A DNA stretch of 62,528 bases, filler included, from a bacterium (lineage in GTDB: Bacteria > JBDRGX01): assembly GCA_043817485.1 (NCBI GenBank). It is 8 parts of 8 records of this genome, joined end to end, with 100 filler letters (N's around TTAATTAATTAA, not from the genome) between each part and the next. Parts side by side here need not be neighbours in the genome. Positions count along the whole stretch, not along the records: positions 34,580 to 52,779 come from JBDRGX010000135.1; positions 52,880 to 55,444 come from JBDRGX010000136.1; positions 55,545 to 62,528 come from JBDRGX010000138.1; 5 more parts are not named here. The stretch is one strand, 5' to 3'. Positions 49,978-61,291 of this stretch are shown in pieces. Position 1 is the first letter of the stretch; each line of letters opens with the position of its first letter. The notes under the pieces were generated by a model. It had not been told where the DNA came from, did no database searches, and saw only the letters and a list, made by a program, of their open reading frames with translations. Made by a program: the position numbers and the translations under genes.

Positions 49978-52779
49978 ATGTGCAAAACAAATCTCCACGC
50001 AACAAACTGCAAAATATTTTTCCAACAATGTATTTATTATTTTAGCAATAATTCATTTCTGCAACAAATTGTAAAATTTTTTTGGCACAATTCACACAAT
50101 TCAATAAAAAGAAAAAAAATCCTTTTTGTTTTATTTTTCTTTTTATTTATAAGTATAAGTAAATCAGAAATTTCCTTATATCATCAAATAGAAGAATTTC
50201 AAGCTATTAAAGAAATTAAAATTAAACATTTTTGGATTATTGAAAAAAGTGAAAAAATTTATCTTGATAAAATTTTATTAGAAAAAAATTATGATTACAC
50301 CATAAATTATGAAACTGGAATTATTACTATTTTATGTCCAACCCCTCCTAAAAAAATAATTCATCTTGAATATGATATTTTACCAATAAATCTTAAAAAA
50401 TCATATGGAGCACAATTTCAAGAAAATTTTTTTCTTCCTCCAGAATCAAAAAAATCGGATATAAAAATTAAGGGATATAAAAAAATGGGAATAAACCTTA
50501 TTTCAGACCAAGATATTTCTTTTCAACAATCTTTAAAATTAAATATAAATGGAAATTTAGATTTCAATACTACAATAAATGCCTATCTTTGCGATGAAAA
50601 TACACCTATTCAAACAGAAGGAATTACAAAAGAAATAAAAGAATTAGATACCATTTTTATAGATATTAAATCTCCTTTATGGAGTCTTAATTTTGGAAAT
50701 TATATAATAGAATGTCCAAAATTTGAGTTTATTTCTTTAAATAAAAGATTAGAAGGATTGAAAATAAATGGAAAAATGCAAAAAAGAAATTTAACTGCAT
50801 TAGCTTCTATATCTAAAGGAAAATTTGTTAAAATAAATATTATTGCAAAAAGTGGTATTTCAAAATACGAGTTAAAAGTAAATGAAAAATTTATAATTAT
50901 TTTAGCTGGAACAGAAAAAGTTTGGTTAAAAGGAATTTTAATGAAAAAAAGATTAGATTATGTAATTGATTATAATAAAGGTGAAATTGAATTTATTGGT
51001 CAAAAACCAATATTAGGAGAAGAAGAAATTATTGTAAGTTTTGAATATTTAAAAGAAAATTATATTGAAAAAATATTTGGTTTTACTTCTTATAATCTTT
51101 TATATTCTCCAAATTTTTCTTTAAATTTCAATATTTTTAATTATGAAAATGAAAACATTGAATTAACTAATCAAACTAAAAAAGATTATTTTTTTAATCA
51201 AGAAAATGGAAAATTATTGCAATCTCCTCAAAATTATTTAGTATCAGCAATAAATACAGAATGGAAAATTTTTTCTTTTTTAAATATAGGTAGTGAATAT
51301 GCTTTTAGTTATAAAAATAAAAAAACTATTTCAGATTATACAGAAAAAATAGAAAAAGGAAATGCTTTAAATTTAAAACTTTTTACAAAACAAAATAAAT
51401 TTTTTTTAAAAAGTAATTATTATTATTTATCAGAAAATTTTATTTCTGTTGAAAATACTTTAAACTCAGATTTTTTAAATAGATGGAAAATATTTAATTT
51501 TAATAAAAATTTGAGCTTAAAATGTTTAGAAGCTAAAACAAGTTATGAAATATCAGAATTTTCTTTATTTGACATAGCTTGTGGAGAAATGATTGAAAAT
51601 TATAAAACAAAAAATATTTCTACTCATCGTTTAAATTTTAATTATAATTTTTGCGATAATGTAAAATATGAATTTAGAAACATTTTTTCTTTTTTTAAAA
51701 GAGATAAATATCAAATGCTAAAACTTAAAAAAAACTTTTCTCCATTTACTTATTCTCTGAAATTTGAAACAGAACAAATAAAAGATAATCTTTTAAATAA
51801 AAAAAACTATATTGGAGAAACTTTTTTACAAGGTAATTGGGAAAAAATAAATTGTAATTATTTTTATCAAATAAAATTTGATAAAAATAAAGAGAAAATA
51901 GATTCTTTTTTAAATAAATTTGATATATCTTTTAATAAAATAAAAAACTTTTATTTCATTGGAAGTACTTCTATGATTGATTTTTATGAAAATGAAAAAA
52001 AACAAAAAGATTTTTTAATTTATATTGATACAAGATACAGTTTTTTTGAAAATTTATTAACTACTTCTAATAATTATAAAACTATTCAAAAATTAACTAC
52101 AAAATCTATTGTTCCTTATTTTACTTCTCAAGAAATGGAACAATTAAAATTAACAGATAAATATGAAATAAAATCTGCTAAAATAAAAGAAAAAATATTA
52201 AATTTTAACATAGAAATTAATGAAAACAAAAAAGAAGAAAAATTTCAAATTTTTACAAAATTTCCTTTTAAAATAATTCTAAATTTTAATGATGAAAATA
52301 TGCAAAATAAATTAGTGAAAAAAAAATATAAAAAGAGATTTATTCAAAATTTATTTCCTCAAAATAAATTCATTTCTGTTGTAGGAGAAGTTTTAAATGA
52401 AGATATGTTTGATAGTTTTTATTATCCAAATATTTTTCAAAAAACATTGAATTACAAAATAGATTTTAATATGGCTCCTTTTAGAAAAATATCTTATTTA
52501 TTGGAAATAGAAAAAAGTATAATAAAAAAAGATTTTAAAGGAGATTTTTTTTATTGGAAAGATTTTGAAAAAGAACAAAATAATTTAGTAAAAGCAGTTT
52601 CTTATTTTGATATTAAAACTGATATAAAATTAAGTTTTTCTTATAGTTTAGAAAAAAAAGATTTATTATATAATTATCAAAAAAATAAAATAATTACAAA
52701 TGAATTTTCTTTTTCTCTTACAAAATATATGGGACATTATGGAGTTTTAAATACACAAATAGGTTCAAAAAAAAAATCT
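49978..52779 (+). CDS. Large predicted outer-membrane protein (3' truncated; start uncertain)
   Basis: Signal-like KRKKILFVLFFFLF, two DY.I.Y..G.I motifs, beta-rich C-terminus. Confidence 0.6.
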
Positions 52780-52879
52780 NNNNNNNNNNNNNNNNNNNNN
52801 NNNNNNNNNNNNNNNNNNNNNNNTTAATTAATTAANNNNNNNNNNNNNNNNNNNNNNNNNNNNNNNNNNNNNNNNNNNN
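52780..52879. other. Artificial contig linker
   Basis: N44-TTAATTAATTAA-N44. Confidence 0.98.
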
Positions 52880-53379
52880 ACAATAAGTACCCAATTAATT
52901 TGATTTTTATTTTCAAAATTTTCTTCAATATTTTCATTTATTTTTATTTTAGTTTCAGTATTGAATTTTTCTTGTTTTTCAGATAATAAATTATCTTCTG
53001 ATTGAGAATTAATTTTTTGTTCAGAAGGAATATTTGCTATAATGGTTCCTTCCATTTTAGAAAAATCCCAATTAGAAAATTCTGGGACTTCTAATTCTTG
53101 AGAAAAAACAATTTGATGTTTTCCTATCATAATTACATCATTATTTCGAAGAGGATACTGAGAAATTTTTTTATTATTAACCAATGTTCCATTAGCACTA
53201 TTAAGGTCTTCTAAAATATAATTATTTTCTTCTTTGAATATTCGAGCATGTCTTCGAGAAACTAAAAGATTATCTAAACAAATATCATTTTCTGAAATTC
53301 GACCAATAGTAATTATCTCTTTTTCAAAAGTAAGATTGCTTACTTCTTTTGACTTAAATTCAATAATTAATTTAATCAT
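52880..53379 (-). CDS. FHA-domain protein (3' truncated)
   Basis: ITIGR, VSRRHA, DLNSANGTLVN. Confidence 0.9.
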
Positions 53380-53507
53380 ATTTCACCTCTTTTTTTAATT
53401 TATTATTTTTCATAATAAAATAATAAAAAAATGTCAAGAAAATAGAAAAAAAATATTACAATAAAAGTAAAAATAAATATTATTGACAAAATATATTTAT
53501 ATTATTT

Positions 53508-54195
53508 ATACTAAATTGCAATCAAAGTGATAGTAATAAAAGAGAAAATTCGAAATCCGAATATCATATTTTTAATTTAAAATCATAAACATTTCAATTC
53601 GTTTCATAGGAACAAGATATTGATAGAACTCGATTAAAATTTAACATATCATGCCTACGGCATTTGTTATTATGCGAGAATAATTTTTTCGACCGATATG
53701 TTGTCCCGATGGGACATTTATGAAATATATATAACGGCAAAAAAATAGTTAACGAACAATTCAAAAAAAATTATGCAAGTAGATGTATTTATGGATAAAG
53801 TTAAGTTTTTATATATATTAAAGCCTGAAGGACTGATATTATTATAGCAATTATTAGATAATTACCAATTAAACCCCGAAGGGGTGACATTGTTGTAGAA
53901 GGTATATATATAACGAAATGTAAAAGAAAAGGGATATGGGATACAGGATTAAAATTTATGCAAGCAAATGTATTTATGGATAAAGTTAAGTTTTTATGCC
54001 AATTAACTTAAGTCGTTATATATAATAATTGATTGATAAAGCACAAGGACAAATTGTTCCGTTAGAAACATAATATTGGTAGAAAAATAAATATAAACAA
54101 GCCAATTCGTTCCGTAGGAACGAGATATCGGTAAAAACGAAATAATTTTGAATTTGGTAGTTTACAATATTTTTTTTCTGATTGCAAATTAGTAT
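53508..54195. mobile_element. Long MITE-like composite element (688 bp)
   Basis: TIRs ATACTAAATTGCAATCA / TGATTGCAAATTAGTAT; contains heptamers, several REP-like hairpins and a 42-bp internal direct repeat. Confidence 0.7.
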
Positions 54196-54215
54196 AAACA
54201 TTTTGGAAAAAATAC

Positions 54216-55444
54216 ATGTTTAAAAAAAATATATCTATTTTAATAATTCTATTTATTTCTAATATAATTTTTTCAACAGAAATAAATAAAAAAACATTAG
54301 AAAATTATGTTATTTTTTCAGATGATTTTGTTAAATATATTTCTGAACTTAATACAATTAATAATACAATAATTTTATCTTTTCCATCACAAACACAAAA
54401 TTCACAATCTTCAACAAAAAATACACCACCTACAAATATACAACTTATTATAAAAGGCCCTTTTGAAAATTCTGCAAGTAGTATCAAAATATTTTCTAAT
54501 ACAGTTTCTTGGGGAATTGCAAAAAAATTAAATGAAAATTTACAAATTGGTACTGAATTTGAATCATCAGCAACAAAAAACAATGCAAAAATAGAAAAAA
54601 ATAAACAAATATATCAAGAAAAAAAAAATCAAATATCAAATTATGCTATTCAATTAGGAACAAGTTGGTCATTTTCTCGTGAAAATATGATTTTATTTGG
54701 CTTTAAAGAAATTTTTCATTTTTATGAAAATTCACAATCAGAAAAAAATTTATTAATAGAATCTAAAAAATTTCAAACAATATTAGAAGGCATCTCATTA
54801 AATTTATGTTGTCTTACTAAAAAATATGCTATAGAATTTAATCTAAATACTTTTAATAATAATAAAAAAATAAATACATTGGCACAACAACAAGAAAAAA
54901 AATTAACTTATGCTGGCTCTTCTTGGAAAATATCTACAGCATTAATGAAACAAATTAATGCAAATACTTTTCTAATTTTTAATCCAGGAATAGGAAAAGA
55001 AGAACAAAAAATAGAAGCTGATGAAAAAAATATAGAAAAAATAAAAGAATATTATTTTAAAAATACATCTAATAATGACTTTAATCCTTTTGAAGCACAA
55101 GAACCAAATTATTATATTTCAGAATATAAAAAAGACGCTGTAACAATTTCAAATTTTTTTCTACCTATTTTAGGAATAATAATAGAAACAAAAATTACCC
55201 CAAATATAAAAATTAAATTAGGAACAAAAACTAAATATACACTTGTAACTACAACAGAAGAAAAAATTAGAATAACTACACCTTTAAAAGAAATAATTAC
55301 AAAAAAAACAAATGAATTTACAAAAGAAATAAATATTGGTTTAGAATATTCTTGTGAAAAATTTGCAATTGATATAAATGTAAATAAAAAAGTTTTAAAC
55401 AAAGAAAATATAAATATTTTTTATAATAAATTTTCTTTTTCATA
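54216..55444 (+). CDS. Secreted/outer-membrane hypothetical protein (3' truncated)
   Basis: Signal peptide and beta-strand pattern. Confidence 0.6.
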
Positions 55445-55544
55445 NNNNNNNNNNNNNNNNNNNNNNNNNNNNNNNNNNNNNNNNNNNNTTAATTAATTAA
55501 NNNNNNNNNNNNNNNNNNNNNNNNNNNNNNNNNNNNNNNNNNNN
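55445..55544. other. Artificial contig linker
   Basis: N44-TTAATTAATTAA-N44. Confidence 0.98.
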
Positions 55545-56656
55545 TATATTTTATCATTTATTACATCTGCTTTAATATCACCTACTCCATATCCAACTGG
55601 TATTGGAGCTAATAAACCACCATTATTTGTATCTTGATGCCAAGTATGAGTATTAAAATCATATGCTTGAACAATAGTTTGGCCAATATCATTTACATCA
55701 AATCCTCCAAATACATAAATTCTTATATGTGGAGTTTCAGTTTCACTTAAATTTATCATACAAGCACCAGCATAAGTAGTTGTTATAGGTAAAGAAACTA
55801 TGTCATCACCCCCACTACTTGTATCTTGAACCCAATTATTTCCAGAAGGATACGGATAATAAACCATTACTTTATTACTTGGAGCACCATTCACACCACC
55901 ACCTAATACCCAAATACCATTATTATAAAAACAACAAGACATTCCAGATGCAGTAATTGGCATTGGACTAAGATTTACAGATGATGGAGTTAAATTTGAC
56001 CATACTTCTGTACTTGGATCAAATCTCCAAACTTCATCTAAATCAGCACCACCTCTTCTTCCTCCTAAAATGTATATTTGATTTGTAAATTCACCATAAG
56101 CCATACCATGAACTCCATTAGAAAGTGATAACAAGGTAATCCAATTAGTTCTTTTAGAATCAACACTTACTTCACTATATAACTTATCTAATTCAAAAAA
56201 TTGATAATAAGAACTATCTGGTTTAATTACTTTTTTAGTTCTATTTACTAAAATACGAGAATTTTGTATTACACTAAAAACATCTGGATTATAAACTAAT
56301 CTATAATAATCGTCATTTCCTGGATTTGTAATCACTTCTGTTCCATTTTCAATATATCTATATCCTTCAAAATAATATTCTTCATCATTTACTCTTAATC
56401 TTCTTCCAGAAATATAAGTTCCACCATCTCCAAATATAGTAATAGTTGCTGCTGGAACATTTCTAACACGATCATTTAAAGAATACATTACAGTTTCTGC
56501 ATCTCCTACTATTTCTACTTGATTAGAAGCTGTATTTAATCCTTGATAATAAAGAGAATAAAAACCAAAAACTCCTATAAAAAGTAAACTTAAAATTCCC
56601 ATAGCAATTGACAATTCTATTAAAGTAAAACCAGTTTTATTTTTAAATATTTTCAA
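55545..56656 (-). CDS. Prepilin-type (PilW-like) protein with Kelch repeats (3' truncated)
   Basis: G|FTLIELSIAM N-methyl motif; IYILGG, IWVLGG and IYVFGG Kelch blades. Confidence 0.85.
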
Positions 56657-56697
56657 AAGATCACCTTCATTTTTTTAATAAAATTTATAAAAGTGTT

Positions 56698-57468
56698 TTA
56701 TTTCCATCTACCAAATTTTTTAATAGCATCTCCATAAACTAATATTCTATCACCATATTCTTGAACTTTTGTTATATTGTTAAAAAGTAAGTCAACAATC
56801 AGTTTTTTATTTAGCCAAAATTTAACTTCGCAATAGTGAACATCACTGTCGTTTCTCATCTCAATTTCTCCATAAGTTTTATTATTAACTTTAAAGACCA
56901 CTTTTTGATTAGAGGTTTGGTTTATATTTCTTGCTTGCGAATTTTCAACAACAATATTTTTAGATAAATTATTAATAATATCTTTTGACCAATAAACATG
57001 GAATTTGTTTTCATGCTTTATGGCTAAATAATTTACTTCACCGCTATTAAACATTGCTTTATCGATAAATGCAGATAATCTATTTTTATCTTGTAGTTTT
57101 TCACAAAGTTCAATCATTGGTTTTTGTAATTTGTTTTTATACAATTGTTTATTTTTTCTATAGTTAGAAAAAGTTTTTGGGAAGCAATTGATACAATCTA
57201 ATAAAAGTTGTCCAATACCATTCATTGCTTTAAATGAAAAATCCTCTTCAAATCTTGATTTACCATATAAAAATATTTGCCATTTTTTTTCACCACTTTT
57301 CACAGAATATGAATCACCGCTTTTATCTATCACATCTTTTTTTGCTTTTTGGTCATTTAAATAATCATCATTTAACCCAATCAGTTTAGCAAATTCTTTA
57401 GCATCTAAATGCCCTTGTTTTTTGACAAAGCTTGCTTTTTCAGATGTCATTGCTCTTTTTTTACTCAT
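56698..57468 (-). CDS. Putative type II restriction endonuclease
   Basis: Overlaps the MTase by 8 nt; K.DVID....YSVKSG PD-(D/E)xK-like core. Confidence 0.65.
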   Translation of the reverse strand: MSKKRAMTSEKASFVKKQGHLDAKEFAKLIGLNDDYLNDQKAKKDVIDKSGDSYSVKSGEKKWQIFLYGKSRFEEDFSFKAMNGIGQLLLDCINCFPKTFSNYRKNKQLYKNKLQKPMIELCEKLQDKNRLSAFIDKAMFNSGEVNYLAIKHENKFHVYWSKDIINNLSKNIVVENSQARNINQTSNQKVVFKVNNKTYGEIEMRNDSDVHYCEVKFWLNKKLIVDLLFNNITKVQEYGDRILVYGDAIKKFGRWK

Positions 57469-58459
57469 ATTTTATTACCAATATTTCATGAGATTTTTTA
57501 ATATGATTTCTATTTTCATTTTTGCGATTTAGCCCAATTCTTGTTTCACCTTGTCCCATTGTATATTGCCAAGACACATCAACAATTTTGCAATTTTCAT
57601 ACCACTCTCTTATAGTAGAACAATCATTATAGGATAAAATAAACCCACCTTTATGATGATTTAACAACAAATCTCGCAACAATTCATGATCAAAATTATT
57701 GTGATGAATTGGAAAATTGCGTTGTGGATATATGCCACGAAACATTTTACTATTCCCTTCCAAATAATATGGTGGATCACAATAAAAAAAATCATTTTTA
57801 AATTTTGGAATTACATTTTCAAATACATCACATTCAATTAATAAATTTTTTACATTAAAATTTCTTACTCTTTCTATCATTAAATTATACCTATTTTTAT
57901 TTTCATAAATTTTAGCCATCCATCCCAAAAAACCAGGCCCATATGATAGATTATGATTAAAATAATAATATGCTGCAAGTTTAAGTGGGGATAAGGTTAT
58001 TTCTTTTTTCCAATGAGCTTTTAATTTAGATTTCACAATTTCATATTCTTCTTTTGTCGGATTTAATGACGCTAATTCATTGTATAAATCTTGTGGTCTT
58101 TCTATTTGAGCATTCCAATAATTCACTAGAATATCAAAAATGTCAAATCCCAAAACTTCAATTTCTAATTCTTTTGCCACAGCAATTTCAACTGAACCAC
58201 CACCAAAAAAAGGAGACACAATTCTTTTAACATTGTCTGGAATAAGCTCAATTATAAAACCAACTGCCAAACTTTTACCACCAGCATAACGCAACGGAGA
58301 ACCAATATATCTTTTATACTTGTTTTTATACCCATGAAGGTTATTTAAAAAAAAATTTTTGCAATCGTGTTCAATTAATGTTTGAAAAAAAGGGAAAGCC
58401 ATTTGAAGTTGTTGTATATTTTTTGTTTCAATTAATTGTAATTTATTAATTGTTTTCAT
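57461..58459 (-). CDS. Dam/D12-family DNA adenine methyltransferase
   Basis: PLRYAGGKS, SPFFGGGS, YCDPPY, LSYND. Confidence 0.92.
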   Translation of the reverse strand: MKTINKLQLIETKNIQQLQMAFPFFQTLIEHDCKNFFLNNLHGYKNKYKRYIGSPLRYAGGKSLAVGFIIELIPDNVKRIVSPFFGGGSVEIAVAKELEIEVLGFDIFDILVNYWNAQIERPQDLYNELASLNPTKEEYEIVKSKLKAHWKKEITLSPLKLAAYYYFNHNLSYGPGFLGWMAKIYENKNRYNLMIERVRNFNVKNLLIECDVFENVIPKFKNDFFYCDPPYYLEGNSKMFRGIYPQRNFPIHHNNFDHELLRDLLLNHHKGGFILSYNDCSTIREWYENCKIVDVSWQYTMGQGETRIGLNRKNENRNHIKKSHEILVIKYE

Positions 58460-58504
58460 AAGTTAATTTTTACCATAAGTAATAATTTTATGTCAATAAA
58501 TTTT

Positions 58505-59782
58505 TCATCTTATTTCCACACTTCTTGCATGTCCATCTAATCCTTCTAATAAAGCAATTTGAGAAAGATGTTTTTTTGCAAAAGATACAGATTTTTGTGA
58601 ATAAAAAATTATATTTGTTATTTTTAAAAAATCATTAGTATTAAGCCCTGAAAAAAATTTAGATGTACTTGATGTTGGTAAAATATGATTCGGTCCAGCA
58701 AAATAATCACCTAAAGCAACTGGAGAATAAGCCCCAATAAAAATTGCACCTGCATTTTTTATTTCACAAAGAATTTTATTATTATCTTTTACCATTAAAC
58801 TCAAATGTTCAGGAGCAATTTCATTAATTAAAAAAATTGCTGTATTTATTTTGTCCACTAATATAATTAATCCATTTTTTAAAGAACTTTCAATTTCTTC
58901 TTTTCTTTTAAGTAATTTTAATTGTATTTTAATTTCTATTTTAACTGCAGAGATCAACTCTTTAGAAGTTGTAATTAAAATTACTTTAGAATTTTTTTGA
59001 TGTTCAGCTTGAGCCAATAAATCTGCTGCAATAAATTTTGGACTTGCTGTTTCATCAGCCAATATTAAAAGTTCAGAAGGCCCAGCAATACTATCTATAT
59101 CAACTATTCCATAAAAATATTTTTTAGCTAAAGTTACATATAAATTTCCAGGCCCTACAATTTTATCCATTTTAGGAACAATTTTTGTTCCTAATGCCAT
59201 TGCACTAATAGCATGAGCACCACCAATTTTATAAATATCTTTTATGCCTATTAATTCAGCAGTCGCTATTAAATATGAATTAATAGTTTTGTTTTCTTGA
59301 GGAGGAGTGCACATAATAATATTTTTAACACCAGCAATTTTAGCTGGAATAGCTGCCATTAAAATACTTGAAACAAGAGGAGTTTTTCCAGATATTCCGC
59401 CTGGAACATAAATACCAACATTTTCAATAGGAGTAATTTTTTGTCCTAATAAAATACCATTTTGTTTAGAAGTCCAAGATTTAATTATATTTTTTTTATG
59501 AAATTTTTCTATATTTTTTTTTGCAAGAATAATACTTTTGAAAATTTTTTTATCTATATTTTTTAAAGCTTGAATTTTTTCTTTTTCACTTACTTTTATT
59601 TCTTTTAAAGTTAATTTAACACCATCAAATTTTTCAGTAAATTTTAAAAGAGCTTCATCTTTTTTTTGTTTTACTTCGTCAATAATTGCTTCTACTTCTT
59701 GTGCAATTTTATCATTAAAAATATTTTCTTGTAATAAAATTTTTTTAATATCAACTATATTTTTAAAATAAATTTCTTTCAT
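58505..59782 (-). CDS. hisD: Histidinol dehydrogenase
   Basis: GIYVPGG, GPGNLYV, AGPSE, QAEH, APEHL, GDYFAGPNHILPT. Confidence 0.96.
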   Translation of the reverse strand: MKEIYFKNIVDIKKILLQENIFNDKIAQEVEAIIDEVKQKKDEALLKFTEKFDGVKLTLKEIKVSEKEKIQALKNIDKKIFKSIILAKKNIEKFHKKNIIKSWTSKQNGILLGQKITPIENVGIYVPGGISGKTPLVSSILMAAIPAKIAGVKNIIMCTPPQENKTINSYLIATAELIGIKDIYKIGGAHAISAMALGTKIVPKMDKIVGPGNLYVTLAKKYFYGIVDIDSIAGPSELLILADETASPKFIAADLLAQAEHQKNSKVILITTSKELISAVKIEIKIQLKLLKRKEEIESSLKNGLIILVDKINTAIFLINEIAPEHLSLMVKDNNKILCEIKNAGAIFIGAYSPVALGDYFAGPNHILPTSSTSKFFSGLNTNDFLKITNIIFYSQKSVSFAKKHLSQIALLEGLDGHARSVEIR

Positions 59783-59825
59783 TATTATCCTACTTTTTTA
59801 AATTCTAAATTATTCTAAAGCAAAA

Positions 59826-60461
59826 TTAACATCCTCTTCTTATTTTTTCTACCATTTTTTTAACTTTCATAAGTCGTGTTAAATTAGATCTTTCTATTTC
59901 ATTAAGTCTCATTGCAATATGCTTAATTGTTTCTTGAAAATTTGGAATAAGAACATATTCTAAAGCATTAACTCTTCTTCGAGTTTTTTCTATTTCATAA
60001 GATAATAATTCAATTTTTGTTTCTATCTCTGCCAAATTTATCATAACAGGATAAAGTTTTAATAATTTAATTACCATTATATCCATTTCTCCAGAAGTTT
60101 CTCTAAAACTAAAATTAAATATATCATCTTTTGCAAAAGTAGTTTGAAATTCTGGAACAGAAAGATTCATAATTTTTTTAAAATTAATATTAAGTAAAAA
60201 ATCATTTTTAGAATTTAAAAATATTTCTTCAGTTATTTTTTTATCTTGTATCGAATCTATTATTTGAGAGGATTTATAAAAATCATTTAACTTATTTTCC
60301 ATTTCTTCTCTTATTTTTTTCCATTTTTCTATAATAGAAAAAAAATGTTTAATTAGTTCATCTTGCTTATCTTTAAGTAATTTGTGTCCTTTTTTAGCTA
60401 AAGTAATTTTTTTTTGGAGTTTAAAAAGTTCCATACGATTAGGATTTATATCAAGCTTCAT
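59826..60461 (-). CDS. V/A-type ATP synthase subunit D
   Basis: NPNRMEL, A.KGHKLLKDK.D, EIEKTRRRVNALEYVLIP. Confidence 0.92.
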   Translation of the reverse strand: MKLDINPNRMELFKLQKKITLAKKGHKLLKDKQDELIKHFFSIIEKWKKIREEMENKLNDFYKSSQIIDSIQDKKITEEIFLNSKNDFLLNINFKKIMNLSVPEFQTTFAKDDIFNFSFRETSGEMDIMVIKLLKLYPVMINLAEIETKIELLSYEIEKTRRRVNALEYVLIPNFQETIKHIAMRLNEIERSNLTRLMKVKKMVEKIRRGC

Positions 60462-60624
60462 TTTTGTTCCTTAAATTTTTATTACAAACTAAAATTATTA
60501 ATTTTTTTAATGTAAATATATTTTAAAAAAAATATGTGTCAACTTTTATTTTTCTTGACAAATATAAAGCAGTACATAAAAAATAATAAATTACTAAATC
60601 TTTTTAATTTTAATAAGGAATAAA

Positions 60625-61194
60625 ATGAAAACCATAATAAAAAATAATTTAGAAGAAAACATAAAAATAATAAATAATTTGATTTCAAATGATTTAGATA
60701 AAATAGTTGAAATAGCAAAAATGATTATTAAAATTTATCAAAAAAAAGGAAAACTTTTTATTTGCGGAAATGGAGGTAGTGCTGCTGATGCTCAACATAT
60801 AGCAGCAGAAATGATAAATCATTTTAAAATAAAAAGAAAAGCTTTGCCAGCTATCGCTTTAACAACTGACACTTCGATACTTACTTCTATTGGAAATGAT
60901 CTAAATTTTAATGAAATTTTTTCTCGTCAAATAGAAGCATTATCTTCTAAAAAAGATATTTTAATAGCCATTAGTACTTCTGGAAATTCTCAAAATATTT
61001 TAAATGCAGTTAAAGAAGCTCAGACAATAGGAATGAAAACAATAGGGCTTACTGGTAAAAATGGAGGGAAATTATCTTCTATGGTTGATATAAATGTAAA
61101 TATTCCATCAAATAACACAGCCCATATTCAAGAAATGCATATTACAATTCTTCATAATATTTGTGAATTAGTGGAAAAATTTATTGAATCCTAA
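60625..61194 (+). CDS. gmhA: Phosphoheptose isomerase
   Basis: CGNGGSAADAQH, LTTDTS, GND, ISTSGNS, IQEMH. Confidence 0.93.
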   Translation: MKTIIKNNLEENIKIINNLISNDLDKIVEIAKMIIKIYQKKGKLFICGNGGSAADAQHIAAEMINHFKIKRKALPAIALTTDTSILTSIGNDLNFNEIFSRQIEALSSKKDILIAISTSGNSQNILNAVKEAQTIGMKTIGLTGKNGGKLSSMVDINVNIPSNNTAHIQEMHITILHNICELVEKFIES

Positions 61195-61206
61195 ATTAAA
61201 ATAGCA

Positions 61207-61250
61207 AAATCCGAAATACGAAACAAATACGAATATTCAAAACAAAAATT
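61207..61250. repeat. Heptamer repeat module
   Basis: AAATCCGAAATACGAAACAAATACGAAT, as at 3885, 10576, 21124 and 53546. Confidence 0.6.
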
Positions 61251-61291
61251 GCAATTTAATGTGTGATAAAAACATTATTCACTTTGCAAAT

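Noticed and set aside
53725-53998. 42-bp direct repeats as a CRISPR array
   Set aside because: Only two copies about 185 bp apart, not palindromic, and no cas genes.
1820-55402. Numerous short antisense or overlapping ORFs in the track
   Set aside because: They are shadow frames of well-supported genes, with F/I/L-rich composition expected from AT bias.
5267-55544. Seven identical TTAATTAATTAA motifs within N-runs
   Set aside because: They are artificial scaffold linkers. ORF ends within them and neighbours across them are not biological.
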